Assembly (NCBI GenBank): GCA_048941285.1
Contig: JBHLNS010000002.1
Coordinates: 91,030-155,029, forward strand
From: Promethearchaeota archaeon
GTDB taxonomy: Archaea > Asgardarchaeota > Lokiarchaeia > Sigyniarchaeales > SOKP01
Direction of reading: 5' to 3'
Length of the DNA stretch: 64,000 nt
A program made the translations under genes and the position numbers. Numbering within the stretch: position 1 is the first letter of the stretch; the number at the start of each line of letters is the position of its first letter. The notes under the pieces were generated by a model. It saw only the letters and a list, made by a program, of their open reading frames with translations. It had not been told where the DNA came from and did not search any database. This document shows, in pieces, positions 39,181 through 49,751 of the stretch.

Positions 39181-39974
39181 TTAATTTGGAAAAGCCACAT
39201 TTAATTTATATAGTTGGGCTTATAATTATTTCGATTATTTCTACTTATGTTTTAATTGCGCTCCCCCATGGCGCACCAATAATCATCTTAGAATCAACAT
39301 TCTTTTTATTTGGTCTTGGTTTAAATAGCACAATTTTATTGTGGACTATCGCAGGTTATTTATTGATAAGATGGATTAGAACAAACAGAAAAAATACTAC
39401 GCTTCTCGTTTGGAGTATTTCTTTTTTAGTGTATAGTATCACATTTGTTGCTCATATTTTTAGAGCTTTGGGATTTTCTGATGCTAATGAGAATTTAACT
39501 GTAATTCATTTTTTTGCTTGGAGATGGGGAATGCCTTGTTTTTCTGCTGGAATATTATATGGTATTTTAAAGATTTTAACAGAAAATAAAAAATACCAAC
39601 AAATACCAAGTATTTCAGTCCTTTTCTTAGGGTTTTTTTGGCTAATATTAGGATTGTTTATAATTCCTTCTGAAAATCCCATTGAACTTACAATGTATCT
39701 TTTCCTTCATACAATTTGGATTCCAATTTGCTTTACTATGGCATATATTTTTGCATATTATGGGTATAAATCAAAAGAGATTGGCCCTAAATTAGTGGGA
39801 CTTGGATTTTTAATTCTGATGGTATCTTATCATGGATGGGCTCCATGGCATTTTCAAGATGTAGTATATCTTTATTTTATTTGGTATTTCTTATTTTTGC
39901 TCTCGCTTACCCCTATTTTACTTGGATTTGTCTTGATGTCAGTTGAGGAAAGACATAAACAACAATTTAGGTAG
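39174..39974 (+). CDS. 7-8 TM membrane protein
   Basis: Hydrophobic helices throughout; overlaps the upstream stop (ATGGTGA). Confidence 0.75.
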   Translation: MVINLEKPHLIYIVGLIIISIISTYVLIALPHGAPIIILESTFFLFGLGLNSTILLWTIAGYLLIRWIRTNRKNTTLLVWSISFLVYSITFVAHIFRALGFSDANENLTVIHFFAWRWGMPCFSAGILYGILKILTENKKYQQIPSISVLFLGFFWLILGLFIIPSENPIELTMYLFLHTIWIPICFTMAYIFAYYGYKSKEIGPKLVGLGFLILMVSYHGWAPWHFQDVVYLYFIWYFLFLLSLTPILLGFVLMSVEERHKQQFR

Positions 39975-40028
39975 TATTTAATTTTAAATTAAACAGTGAT
40001 TAGAATATAGGATATAAAAAGTTCAATT

Positions 40029-41894
40029 TTATATATAGTCTAATCCTAACGATGTCAATTTTTTTTTAGTAGGATATCCGGTACCCATATCAAAGGTTCT
40101 ATATTCATAGTATGCTTTCTTTAATCTTGAAAAATCTGGGGTTTTACCTGCAGCACCACCTTCATTAACAGGATTTAGTAATATTTGAGGTAATCTATCA
40201 TCCTCAGGAGTAATACCCATTTTAAGGTTAAACATTCGTTTCATCATATAAATCCGTTCTCCTAATTTTTTAAACTCTGATAGGTTAAAATTCAATCCAA
40301 TTCCTGCATGAATTATCTCTATAATTATTTCTGGTGGAAAACTTGTCATATTACATAGTATCATAGAATTATAAATAGCTCTATAATCTTGTGTCAGCGC
40401 GCTAACTATTGCCATTTCTTTATCATCTTGCTTCCATTCAATCATTTTAATTCCGTAGCTTTCAAGTTGAGAACCAAACATCAATAAGAACATATCACAA
40501 GACTCATGACATGGACCTCTTGGAGTCCCTAAGGCATATGCCACAGCCATTCCATAAATGTGCCGTAAATCATGATATGGTACTTCCATCCCATAAACTG
40601 TAGCGATTTCATCTCGAGAGATGTTAAAATGTTTCCCTACAATGTTGGAACCTTCTGCGAGTAAATTACCAATTCCTTCTCTATGGGCTATTTTTTTTAT
40701 CATCTTAAGTGCGGGATCTATATTACCCCATTTTGGCTCTAAACCATCAATATCTTCCGATTTAATCCATTGATTATTAAAGATATAGTATACAAAAGCA
40801 ATCGTACTACTTCCACTAATAGTATCAATTCCATATTCATTACATAAAAAGTTAGCTTGTTGTATTGATTCTAAGTTGTCATTTAGAATTAGGGAGCCAA
40901 AACCAACCACTGTCTCATATTCAGCAGCTTCAATCTCAGAATCTATTTTGTAATCTCCTTCTTTTATTATAGCTTTGTGGGCACAACCAATTGGACATGA
41001 ATGACAATGATATTGTTTTGTAAAGATTTTTTCGACTGCTGTTACTCCTGAGATTTTATATGCTTTATCCCATTTACCTAAAGTCCAATATTTTATAGGC
41101 AAATCTCCATAGGCATTACTAGTTTCAACACCTCCTGATGTACCGAAAACACTAAACATTTCCGTTATATATGAATCATTAATATGATCGATTGCTTTTT
41201 TTATAGCAAGCTTCAATTTTTCGGGATTATCAGAATTGTATGACATTTTAGCCCCTCTTACAGCAATTGCTTTCAATTTTTTCGAACCCATTACCGCCCC
41301 CATGCCCGTCCTTCCAGCTGCTTTATCCTCTGATCCAATTATAGCATATTTCACTAGATTTTCTCCCGCTTGCCCAATACAAGCAACTCGTGTAAGTTTT
41401 GACCCCATAATTGCTTTTATTTTTTTTGAAGTCTCAAAGATCCCCATTCCCCATAAATCAGTAGCATCTTTGATTTTAACATTATTATCAGTTATTTCTA
41501 AATAAACTGGTTTATTAGAGGCCCCTTTTATAATAATTCCATCATATCCAGCTTTTTTCAATTCCGAGCCGAAAAAACCTCCGCAATTTGATTCACCCCA
41601 GATCCCTGTTAATGGAGATTTCGCACACACCACAAATCTCCCACTAGTAGGAACATTAGACCCACAAAGGGGACCTGTCATAAACATTAGGATATTTTTT
41701 GGAGATAACGGGTCTGTATCTTTATCTAATTCATTATATAAATATCTGCAACAATATCCTGCTCCGCCAAGGAAATTTTCTGCAATTTCCTCATCCAAAG
41801 CTAGATACTGTATTTCATTGTTATTTAAATTAACATTTAAAAGTTTTCCTACAAATCCTTTCAATTCCTTGTCCACCAAAGAATTATAAACCAA
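40029..41894 (-). CDS. aor: Tungsten-type aldehyde:ferredoxin oxidoreductase family protein
   Basis: KSPLTG, AGRTGMGAVMGSKKLKA, CHSCPIGC, EYET, GIDTIS, DDRLP. Confidence 0.93.
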   Translation of the reverse strand: MVYNSLVDKELKGFVGKLLNVNLNNNEIQYLALDEEIAENFLGGAGYCCRYLYNELDKDTDPLSPKNILMFMTGPLCGSNVPTSGRFVVCAKSPLTGIWGESNCGGFFGSELKKAGYDGIIIKGASNKPVYLEITDNNVKIKDATDLWGMGIFETSKKIKAIMGSKLTRVACIGQAGENLVKYAIIGSEDKAAGRTGMGAVMGSKKLKAIAVRGAKMSYNSDNPEKLKLAIKKAIDHINDSYITEMFSVFGTSGGVETSNAYGDLPIKYWTLGKWDKAYKISGVTAVEKIFTKQYHCHSCPIGCAHKAIIKEGDYKIDSEIEAAEYETVVGFGSLILNDNLESIQQANFLCNEYGIDTISGSSTIAFVYYIFNNQWIKSEDIDGLEPKWGNIDPALKMIKKIAHREGIGNLLAEGSNIVGKHFNISRDEIATVYGMEVPYHDLRHIYGMAVAYALGTPRGPCHESCDMFLLMFGSQLESYGIKMIEWKQDDKEMAIVSALTQDYRAIYNSMILCNMTSFPPEIIIEIIHAGIGLNFNLSEFKKLGERIYMMKRMFNLKMGITPEDDRLPQILLNPVNEGGAAGKTPDFSRLKKAYYEYRTFDMGTGYPTKKKLTSLGLDYI

Positions 41895-42040
41895 TTTTTT
41901 AAATAAAATCTTATAATATTCTATTTTTGTTTTATGAATTTTAATAATTAATAATAAAGGATTATCATAATGAAAGATTTTAATAAATCTTTTATGAAAA
42001 ATTAAATTTTAAATCTAAAGAATTAGAAATGTGGGACACT

Positions 42041-42559
42041 ATGGAAAAAAAAGATTTAAAAGAAGGAGATACGGCCCCCTTATTTAAATTAGCGTCTTAT
42101 AATGCGGGTATTGTTGATTTGGCTGAATTAGTTCGGCAACAAAAAATAGTTCTGATTTTCTCTCGATACTTTGGTTGTCCTATTTGTTTAGTAGATCTTA
42201 ATGAGCTCATGAAGAGGAAATCTGAAATTGAAAATAAAGGAGCAAAAATATTATATATTACTCAATCGGGAGAAAATGTAGCTAAAGAGTATATTAAAAA
42301 AAAAGATATTAATTTTCCTGTTATTTCGAGTTCTAAGGATGACTTGTATGCAGATTATGGATTAGGTTTAATGACAGCGGGCGCTATGAGTAAAATTAGG
42401 GGAAAATTAAAGGACGCTAAAAATCTTGGTATTGAACATGGAGAATATGAGGGTTGGGAAAAACAAGGACCTGGACAATTTGTTATTAATAAAGATGGTA
42501 AGATAATACATCAACAAAAAGGATGGTTAGATATCGACAGTATTCTAGAAGTTTTGTAA
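42041..42559 (+). CDS. AhpC/TSA peroxiredoxin-like redoxin
   Basis: GDTAPLF, RYFGCPIC, GQFVINKDG. Confidence 0.85.
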   Translation: MEKKDLKEGDTAPLFKLASYNAGIVDLAELVRQQKIVLIFSRYFGCPICLVDLNELMKRKSEIENKGAKILYITQSGENVAKEYIKKKDINFPVISSSKDDLYADYGLGLMTAGAMSKIRGKLKDAKNLGIEHGEYEGWEKQGPGQFVINKDGKIIHQQKGWLDIDSILEVL

Positions 42560-42745
42560 AGTTGAAATTAAATTTTTTTATTTTTTTTAATATTTTTTTA
42601 TCGGAAGATATTACCTCGATATCACTTAGTTTCAAAAGATAAGTCCATATGTTTTAAATATATATCTAGATATCTCTTCGCTAATATTGAGGTATTTACA
42701 ATAATTTGAATGAATTATCACTAAGTCCAAAAACGAAGGATAAAT

Positions 42746-43015
42746 ATGCTTATTTCAAAAATAGAAGATTCTGAACCAGTCCTCAATCTTAAAGACTTAT
42801 TCTATGAAACTAAAGTTTTAAATGAAGGCAGCAAAAAGCTTGATGATATACCGCAAAAATCAAAATATGATAATTTCAAACTTCTTACAGATATTTCAAA
42901 TGTTCTTCAGAAGTGTAGACATTTGACTGATAAAGATAAACTTCTTTATTGTCAAAGCCAGCGTTATTTTATGAAGCTTTATTTAAGAGAAATTAATAGA
43001 GAAGATGTAGATTAA
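42746..43015 (+). CDS. Small hypothetical protein
   Basis: 89-aa ORF with AAGGA SD. Confidence 0.55.
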   Translation: MLISKIEDSEPVLNLKDLFYETKVLNEGSKKLDDIPQKSKYDNFKLLTDISNVLQKCRHLTDKDKLLYCQSQRYFMKLYLREINREDVD

Positions 43016-43959
43016 CTGATATATGCATATCCCTCCATAACATAATGACTAGGATTTAAAGTGGGTAATTGACCAATCATCCAACCCTGGGATGTAGTTT
43101 CACAAATCCAATACTCTTTGCTATTTATAGTAAAAGAATGACTAGGAGGATAACTATAATGCTGTATTGGAGTAAAATTTAAATAAACACCAACACAAGC
43201 ATGCCCAAACCATGCTTCATCAATTACATCATAGTAATTTATAATAACAAGAATTGCCTCATATCCTAATGAAACTACTAATGAACCAAATAAAATAGAT
43301 AGATCTTCACAATCTCCTTGCTTAAATATAGTTTCAATAGGAAATTTTGCTAAATCAATGAATTCAGCTTTATATCCAATTGCTTGTGTGAAACTTAACA
43401 AAGCATTTATTATTTCTTCTGAGTCATATTGATTATAACATTTCGACTTGATTGCTTCTGCAATTTCAATTATCTTTGAATAATAAGGGGTACAATAAGA
43501 TTCAATAACTGATGCTACATAATATGGATCCCAGTGAGTATGAGATGGATGTGGTTCACTCTCAAAAAAATCTAATATGGCTCTAGAGGTTGAGACTGTA
43601 TATGATGTCAAAGTTTGTCCATTATTCACATAAAAATGAATTTTTTTTTCTGGTGAATAATATTTATATATTAAAATACTCGTAACAGGAGTTATAATTA
43701 CTGCAGCTAATACTATTATACCTATAATTAAAGCTCTTTTCTGTAATTTAGTAAATCGTTTTTTTCCTTCTTTTTCGACATCAATTGTGTCCAATTCTTT
43801 TGATTGAATATCCAATTTATTAGAAGGCCCGTATTTTTGATTTTCCAAATTTCTATTAGATTCTTGATCTATAACATGATAAATGCGAATCGAGCAATAG
43901 GGACAAAATTGCCAATTTGGTTTTAAACGCTTGCCACAATTTATACAAAAATTAGCCAT
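43012..43959 (-). CDS. Zinc ribbon-TM-transglutaminase-like protein
   Basis: FCINCG..FCPYC, one TM, GDCED, GHACVG, CETT. Confidence 0.8.
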   Translation of the reverse strand: MANFCINCGKRLKPNWQFCPYCSIRIYHVIDQESNRNLENQKYGPSNKLDIQSKELDTIDVEKEGKKRFTKLQKRALIIGIIVLAAVIITPVTSILIYKYYSPEKKIHFYVNNGQTLTSYTVSTSRAILDFFESEPHPSHTHWDPYYVASVIESYCTPYYSKIIEIAEAIKSKCYNQYDSEEIINALLSFTQAIGYKAEFIDLAKFPIETIFKQGDCEDLSILFGSLVVSLGYEAILVIINYYDVIDEAWFGHACVGVYLNFTPIQHYSYPPSHSFTINSKEYWICETTSQGWMIGQLPTLNPSHYVMEGYAYIS

Positions 43960-44069
43960 AACTATTTTCTTTTCTAATATGGATTTTCAATTTAATAAAG
44001 ACAAGATGTTTTTATCTTTTAAATTTAAATATTATTTTTCCTAATTTTTTATATATCGAATAATATAAT

Positions 44070-45788
44070 CTATGAATAATAATTACGAACTTCTTTTATT
44101 ATTAGATTTATTAGATCTTTAGGATTTCCAATCCCATAGAATTTTACTTTATCCATTAATTTGCTAAATTTTTCTCTGGGAATTTTAGTTGCCCCAATAA
44201 AAAAGCCTACAATTTTATGGCCTTTTTGAGCAAGGCTAACCATTACATTTTTTGCTTTACTCCAATTATATATTCCAAAATCTGTGATAATAAACACAAG
44301 AACATTTTTTTCTGCTTTTTCACATTGATTTTCGATTTCTTTTATTGGTAGAAAAGTGCCTCCTCCTTGATAACTCAGTAGAATTTTTTCAGCTTTTTTA
44401 TAATCATAAGTCCATTTACAAATGTCAGCTCTATTGGAAAAATTAACTATGCTAAATTTAGCTCCTTTATTAGCTGCATAATGTAAAGAAGCAAACGCAG
44501 CTACTAACGCAGTATGATATAGCCCTTTTCCCCTAAGAGACTTAGATGTATAATTCCAACTCATTGATCCAGAAGAATCTAAAACAATTAATAGATCTGG
44601 AATTTGTTTTTCTATTAAGTGTCCTTGTCCTTCTTTATATGCCCATTTTCTTGTAGTAATATTAGGTATTATTATTGGACTATTCAATAAACTCTGGACT
44701 ACATCTAATTCTTCTATTCTATCTCCAATACGCCAAATTTCTGGATATACAGGTAATTGACTTCCTCTTTTTTCTTCAAAAACTTTTATTTCGATTAAGT
44801 TTTTGGCTAATCCTCGATACCAAGTAGCTAACGCATTTCCATCAATTAAAATTCCTGATTGGCGTGCAGGTGCACCAAATTCTGAGTAAGGGATACTTTT
44901 TGCAAATTCCTCTGATTTTTGCCTTAATTCGTCTTCATTACCCTCTTTAAGTTTATCAGAATTTTTATTTTCTAATGGATTATCCATTAACTCTAATACA
45001 TCTTTGGGTATTTCTATAAAAGCACCTCCCGGGCTTTTTCTTTTTTCCTTTCTTTTATCTACAACCACTCCAGTGCCTATTAGAGTAAAGGTATCTTGTA
45101 TTAAAGTTTTCAAAGATTTCGCAACTTGAGATACTTTTTTTTCCCATGTTAATTCATCTTCAAAATTTTTAAGTATTATTTTACTAATTTGTTCTGCTAA
45201 AGAGTCCATCTCCTTGAGTTTCTCATCATTGATTACATCAATATTCCACATTTTTTCATAGGTGCGAAATAAGAACTTGCTAAATTTACTAATAGCTCCT
45301 TTACTGGAAATAAATTTATAGGTTTCGAGAATTTCCCATTCAATAAGATTGCTATATTTCTGATATAATTTTGTATCAATAATTAAATCTGCAAAAATGT
45401 TTACAACTATAGGAGCATAATTTTGATTTACATGGTCCATAGCAGATCTTAATAATTTAGCATGCATAAGACCATCATAAGGGATAATTTGATAATGAGA
45501 AACTTCATGCATTAAAATGATGAAAAAATAGTCTATATATTCTTGATAATCTTTCAATAATGGAGTATTAGCAAGATTCATTGTTATTTGCCATCGGTGA
45601 TCAGGATCAATGTAAAAACCTTCTAGATGAGTATAATCAAATACATAATTAGGTTCATTTAAAGGGGGATAATAAAATTCTTTTAAGGTTTTACTCCATG
45701 CTATATTAGCTAATTCTATAATCTTTTTCTCCTTTTCTGTGAAATCTTTTTTAAAACGCTTCCCCTTTCTGTTTCTTGATATGACCAT
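44070..45788 (-). CDS. vWA (MIDAS) protein with N-terminal HExxH metallopeptidase-like domain
   Basis: MHEVSH, NIFAD; VLDSSGSM, GGT, ITD. Confidence 0.85.
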   Translation of the reverse strand: MVISRNRKGKRFKKDFTEKEKKIIELANIAWSKTLKEFYYPPLNEPNYVFDYTHLEGFYIDPDHRWQITMNLANTPLLKDYQEYIDYFFIILMHEVSHYQIIPYDGLMHAKLLRSAMDHVNQNYAPIVVNIFADLIIDTKLYQKYSNLIEWEILETYKFISSKGAISKFSKFLFRTYEKMWNIDVINDEKLKEMDSLAEQISKIILKNFEDELTWEKKVSQVAKSLKTLIQDTFTLIGTGVVVDKRKEKRKSPGGAFIEIPKDVLELMDNPLENKNSDKLKEGNEDELRQKSEEFAKSIPYSEFGAPARQSGILIDGNALATWYRGLAKNLIEIKVFEEKRGSQLPVYPEIWRIGDRIEELDVVQSLLNSPIIIPNITTRKWAYKEGQGHLIEKQIPDLLIVLDSSGSMSWNYTSKSLRGKGLYHTALVAAFASLHYAANKGAKFSIVNFSNRADICKWTYDYKKAEKILLSYQGGGTFLPIKEIENQCEKAEKNVLVFIITDFGIYNWSKAKNVMVSLAQKGHKIVGFFIGATKIPREKFSKLMDKVKFYGIGNPKDLINLIIKEVRNYYS

Positions 45789-45800
45789 TTTTTGGGTTTA

Positions 45801-47525
45801 TTATTCCTTTTTTATAAATTCAAAATTATCCAAAATTTTTCTTAATTTTAAAGCCTCAGATCCTCCAGAAATTTGGATATTTACTAATGAGTCGTCTTTA
45901 GTTCCAGTAACATTAATCTCAATTAGTAAATCTTCAGTGCGGATTTGTTTAGTTTGTCTTTCATCAAACGCTTCCTTTAATGGTTGATCCAAATTTGAGA
46001 ATTCAGTAGCGATATCCGCCCAAAGATCCTTCCAATAAACATATTTAATAACATAATCAGATACGGTTTGCTTAAATAGTTCTCGATTGCACCATTCAAT
46101 TAGGTCTCCTCTATTAGGAAAATCAATCTTCCCTAAAAGATTATTTCTAATTTCAGCTAATTTTGTAATCTCCCCTTTTTTTGCTACTTCTTGTATTTGT
46201 TGAGCAATCGGAAAATATTCCTCGTTATTAAGCGATTCTACAAACGGAATTAAATCGTATTTTACAATTAAATCATTCTTTTCAAATTTTTTCAACTCTA
46301 CTAAATCATTTTCTAGGGGATTTCCTGCTCGAAACCGATCAGCAATTTGATAACAGGTTTCACGATTTTTAAACCTTTTTTGGACTGCATTTAAAATATC
46401 CTTTGATAATTCATATTTATTCCCAAAATATGGTGATTTATCTAATTCCCTCTTCACGTATATTACTCGATGTGAAATTACATATGGCGTGACAGTATTT
46501 ACAATATTAACATCTATTTTATTTATTCCTAGTAACCATGCTAAGGCTTTAGAATATCTTAGTAGATCTTTGGAAACTCTAACACTTAGAATCGAATCAA
46601 TTTTATTACAAATATTTTGGGCAGTATTAAAATGACAACCAGAGCATAATCCAGTACTTGGTTTTAAATCTTCAGTATTACCCTTATCTACTCTTGAACA
46701 TAATGTATATTCTCTTATTATGGCGTTTATATAATTATTAACTTCAGGAGTAAACAAGATTCTATTCACATAATACCATATTTCCATTAATTCATCAATA
46801 GTTAAAATTTCAGGAACTTGAATTAATTCATCCATACCCGAGTATTTTTCATCTTTTCCAGTTAAAATTAGCTGTAAATCGTGAGTTCCTGGCATTGATA
46901 TTGGAACTGATATTCCAAATCTATCTAAAAAAGGCTGAGAGAGCTCAAAAGTACCAATATCATGAGGATTAATCGTTGCAAATAAGCAAAATTTATTAAT
47001 AGTTGCTACAGAGTCATAATATTTAACTTGTCCTTCGGCTAATAAGGATAAAAGAATATCTTGAGCATAGGGGGTTAAGCGATTCACTTCATCAATAATT
47101 TTCCAAAAATTTGTTACGAATTGTCTCCAAACTACTTCTTCTTTACCTTCTTTCATTAATTTTCCTAACTTTAAGGTCCCAATTAATTTCTCTTCTGTGA
47201 GTTGAGGATGTCCTCTAATAATTGAATTTTCTATTTCATTAAGAGAAGTAGCTGTAAACATCCTTCCTAAAGTCTTTGTGAGAGATGTTTTGCCTCCACC
47301 ATGTCCTCCGATCAAAAGCATTGCTGAATTAGGAACTATTGCATTAAGAATACACAGTGTTAAGATTTCGGGTAACATTTTTGTATTTATTTTTTTACTT
47401 TTTTCAGGGAGATATTTTATGGTTAAATTCTTATAGTGTACGAATAATTGATTAGCTTGAATTAAATTGATGATTTTCCACACTTTTTTCCTTAATGTAT
47501 CTTCTTCTCCTAATTTTGTCGACAT
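45801..47525 (-). CDS. MoxR-like AAA+ ATPase
   Basis: GGHGGGKT, IIDEVNR, ATINP, FLDRF; Cys cluster C..CSGC..C. Confidence 0.88.
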   Translation of the reverse strand: MSTKLGEEDTLRKKVWKIINLIQANQLFVHYKNLTIKYLPEKSKKINTKMLPEILTLCILNAIVPNSAMLLIGGHGGGKTSLTKTLGRMFTATSLNEIENSIIRGHPQLTEEKLIGTLKLGKLMKEGKEEVVWRQFVTNFWKIIDEVNRLTPYAQDILLSLLAEGQVKYYDSVATINKFCLFATINPHDIGTFELSQPFLDRFGISVPISMPGTHDLQLILTGKDEKYSGMDELIQVPEILTIDELMEIWYYVNRILFTPEVNNYINAIIREYTLCSRVDKGNTEDLKPSTGLCSGCHFNTAQNICNKIDSILSVRVSKDLLRYSKALAWLLGINKIDVNIVNTVTPYVISHRVIYVKRELDKSPYFGNKYELSKDILNAVQKRFKNRETCYQIADRFRAGNPLENDLVELKKFEKNDLIVKYDLIPFVESLNNEEYFPIAQQIQEVAKKGEITKLAEIRNNLLGKIDFPNRGDLIEWCNRELFKQTVSDYVIKYVYWKDLWADIATEFSNLDQPLKEAFDERQTKQIRTEDLLIEINVTGTKDDSLVNIQISGGSEALKLRKILDNFEFIKKE

Positions 47526-47651
47526 CTGGGTTATTCTCGTAAGATTTTCAATATTAAATAAAAGTTGGTTTGACTATTTAATATTGATCATTAATAAATT
47601 ATTTTTCAATAAAATTCAATCTTACAATAAAGAAATTGGGAATCTATAAAT

Positions 47652-48356
47652 TTATAAATAAATTAGTTCGTTTAAATTTTTAATAATATAAGTTGGTTGG
47701 ATTTTCCAATGCTTATACCTATCAAACTCGTTGTTCTTCCGGTGATTGATTAAGCATGAAGAAATTTTTGCTTCTTTAGCTGCTTTAATATCATGAATAG
47801 AATCGCCGACCATAATAGCTGAATTTGTTCTAGGATCAAACTTAAATCGCTTTAAAATTGTGAAAATACCTTTCGGAGAAGGTTTAGCAAAATCCTGATT
47901 ATTTACGCCCATACTAAAGATTTCATGAAAGAAATGATTGATTTTAAAGTGTTTCAAAAAAAAATCTACTATATAATCTGCTGTGTTTGTACAAATTGCT
48001 AACTTTTTAGTGATTTTATGATTGTAGATTAATTCCAACACAGTTTCGGCACCTTCAAATAATGATATCTTTTTATTAAGAAGAAGAATTTTCCTTTTCT
48101 CAAAATCAGTTTTATCATAAGCCTTCCAAAAAGCATCTGAATTTCTAATACCCCACTTTTTTAAGACTTGTTCAAAGTTATTTTCTATTCTCCAAAATTC
48201 ACTTCTTTCATTTCTATCGGGAATCTTTTCTATATTTAATCTTTGTAATGCCCCCAACATTACTTGATCGGCATAAGCTCCGATATTTCCAAGATCTAAT
48301 AATGTTCCGTCTAAATCAAACAAATAAAAATCATAATTCATATTAAAAATACCCAA
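47652..48356 (-). CDS. HAD-superfamily hydrolase (Gph-like)
   Basis: FDLDGTL, CTN, KPSP, VGDSIHD. Confidence 0.9.
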   Translation of the reverse strand: MGIFNMNYDFYLFDLDGTLLDLGNIGAYADQVMLGALQRLNIEKIPDRNERSEFWRIENNFEQVLKKWGIRNSDAFWKAYDKTDFEKRKILLLNKKISLFEGAETVLELIYNHKITKKLAICTNTADYIVDFFLKHFKINHFFHEIFSMGVNNQDFAKPSPKGIFTILKRFKFDPRTNSAIMVGDSIHDIKAAKEAKISSCLINHRKNNEFDRYKHWKIQPTYIIKNLNELIYL

Positions 48357-48690
48357 TATGACCTAAATTTTTTCCATTCTCATCTAGAGCATATACTAAA
48401 CCCATTGAAAGAGGTTTTTCTTTTTCATTTTTACTCGATTTTGCTACGTAATTTAAAGTTTCAAATTTTAAAATAAAAATGCGATTACATTTTTTACATT
48501 TTATGTGAATTTTCTCTATAATTTTATTTGTGTTCTTAATTACTTCTTTTTTAAAAGGTTCTAAAAGGTTGGAATCTTCATTATCGCAATTTTTAAGAAA
48601 ACATTGATCTAAGGAGATCTTTTCCATTCCCCGTCGTGCCAGTGCTATATATGCATAACTAGGGTAACTAATTTCTTCTTTATCATCCAT
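48343..48690 (-). CDS. Small putative Zn-binding protein
   Basis: CFLKNC and CKKC; overlaps the HAD gene. Confidence 0.65.
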   Translation of the reverse strand: MDDKEEISYPSYAYIALARRGMEKISLDQCFLKNCDNEDSNLLEPFKKEVIKNTNKIIEKIHIKCKKCNRIFILKFETLNYVAKSSKNEKEKPLSMGLVYALDENGKNLGHIGYF

Positions 48691-48779
48691 ATTAAAAATA
48701 AAATTAATATATCACTTAATTTTTATTATTATATTTTTAAATTTTTAAACAAGACCTAAGTTGCTCTAGGTGTAATTGT

Positions 48780-49751
48780 TTAATAGTATAGATTTGAGGG
48801 TTCGAGAATATCTGGATAAAATGGGCGGAGAAAACTTCTTATTGAGTAACACAGGTGGCATTTATCTGCATATCCCTTTAGAGGTTTATAGCCTTTTTCT
48901 ACAGCAATTTCAAGAAGATTTTGAGGACCTCCTTTAGCAGTTAGCTTACCTATTATTGGATGTTTTCTATAATTAAACTCCTCTATGATTTCTGATAATG
49001 ATTTTTCTTTTGCATTCCCTATACAAATCCCTTGACATGATTGATGAGAAACCCATCCGTTGGGATCAATCATAAACATCGGAACCTTGAAAATGAGACA
49101 TTTATCTGAGGGTATTTTTGTCATAGAAAAATATTCTGTAAGTTGGCTTGCTGCTCGACCTGTTATTAATAATTCACTACTTATTACCTCACAAAATGGA
49201 AATTCTTCTGAAAGTCTATCAGTAATTTCGTTAGTTCGATTATTATAATTGGTATTTTCATTTTCAAACCTTAAATTTTGTGCTAACAAACCTATCCATT
49301 CAATTCCGGCGTCATATGAGGCTTTTATTGCGGTCCTTACGACATCGAGTGAAATAAATTCTTGATGAAATGCATCAACACTAAAACTAATTCGATATAA
49401 TCCCGCTTCTTTTAATTTTAGGGCATAATCCTTAGCAATATTTTCATTTTTTCCCCAATAGCCATTAGTGGGTAATCCTATCGTTGTTATCCCATATTTT
49501 TTTATTACTTCAATAAGACGAACTAATAAATCAAAATGGAGCAATGGTTCACCCCCAAAAAATCCAATTTCATTGATTATATACTTGGATGTAATATCTT
49601 CCAAGTAACTTTTTACATCCCCTAATTTCATTAAAATATTATCTTGATTTGGAGAACCATGGAGCGCACAATGCCTGCATTCATTGGTGCATTTATAAGA
49701 TAAAAGAAACGTAAGAAACGATATTCGTTTTAAATTTATTTCATTGTTTAT
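48780..49751 (-). CDS. Radical SAM protein with C-terminal SPASM/twitch-like domain
   Basis: In-frame CTNECRHC upstream of the ATG at 49631; GGEP, TNG, SVD; putative ATA start. Confidence 0.88.
   Translation of the reverse strand: MNNEINLKRISFLTFLLSYKCTNECRHCALHGSPNQDNILMKLGDVKSYLEDITSKYIINEIGFFGGEPLLHFDLLVRLIEVIKKYGITTIGLPTNGYWGKNENIAKDYALKLKEAGLYRISFSVDAFHQEFISLDVVRTAIKASYDAGIEWIGLLAQNLRFENENTNYNNRTNEITDRLSEEFPFCEVISSELLITGRAASQLTEYFSMTKIPSDKCLIFKVPMFMIDPNGWVSHQSCQGICIGNAKEKSLSEIIEEFNYRKHPIIGKLTAKGGPQNLLEIAVEKGYKPLKGYADKCHLCYSIRSFLRPFYPDILEPSNLYY

Noticed and set aside
42041-42559. Possible selenoprotein (redoxin)
   Set aside because: The CxxC is encoded by Cys codons. I saw no in-frame TGA truncating a conserved domain in the window.
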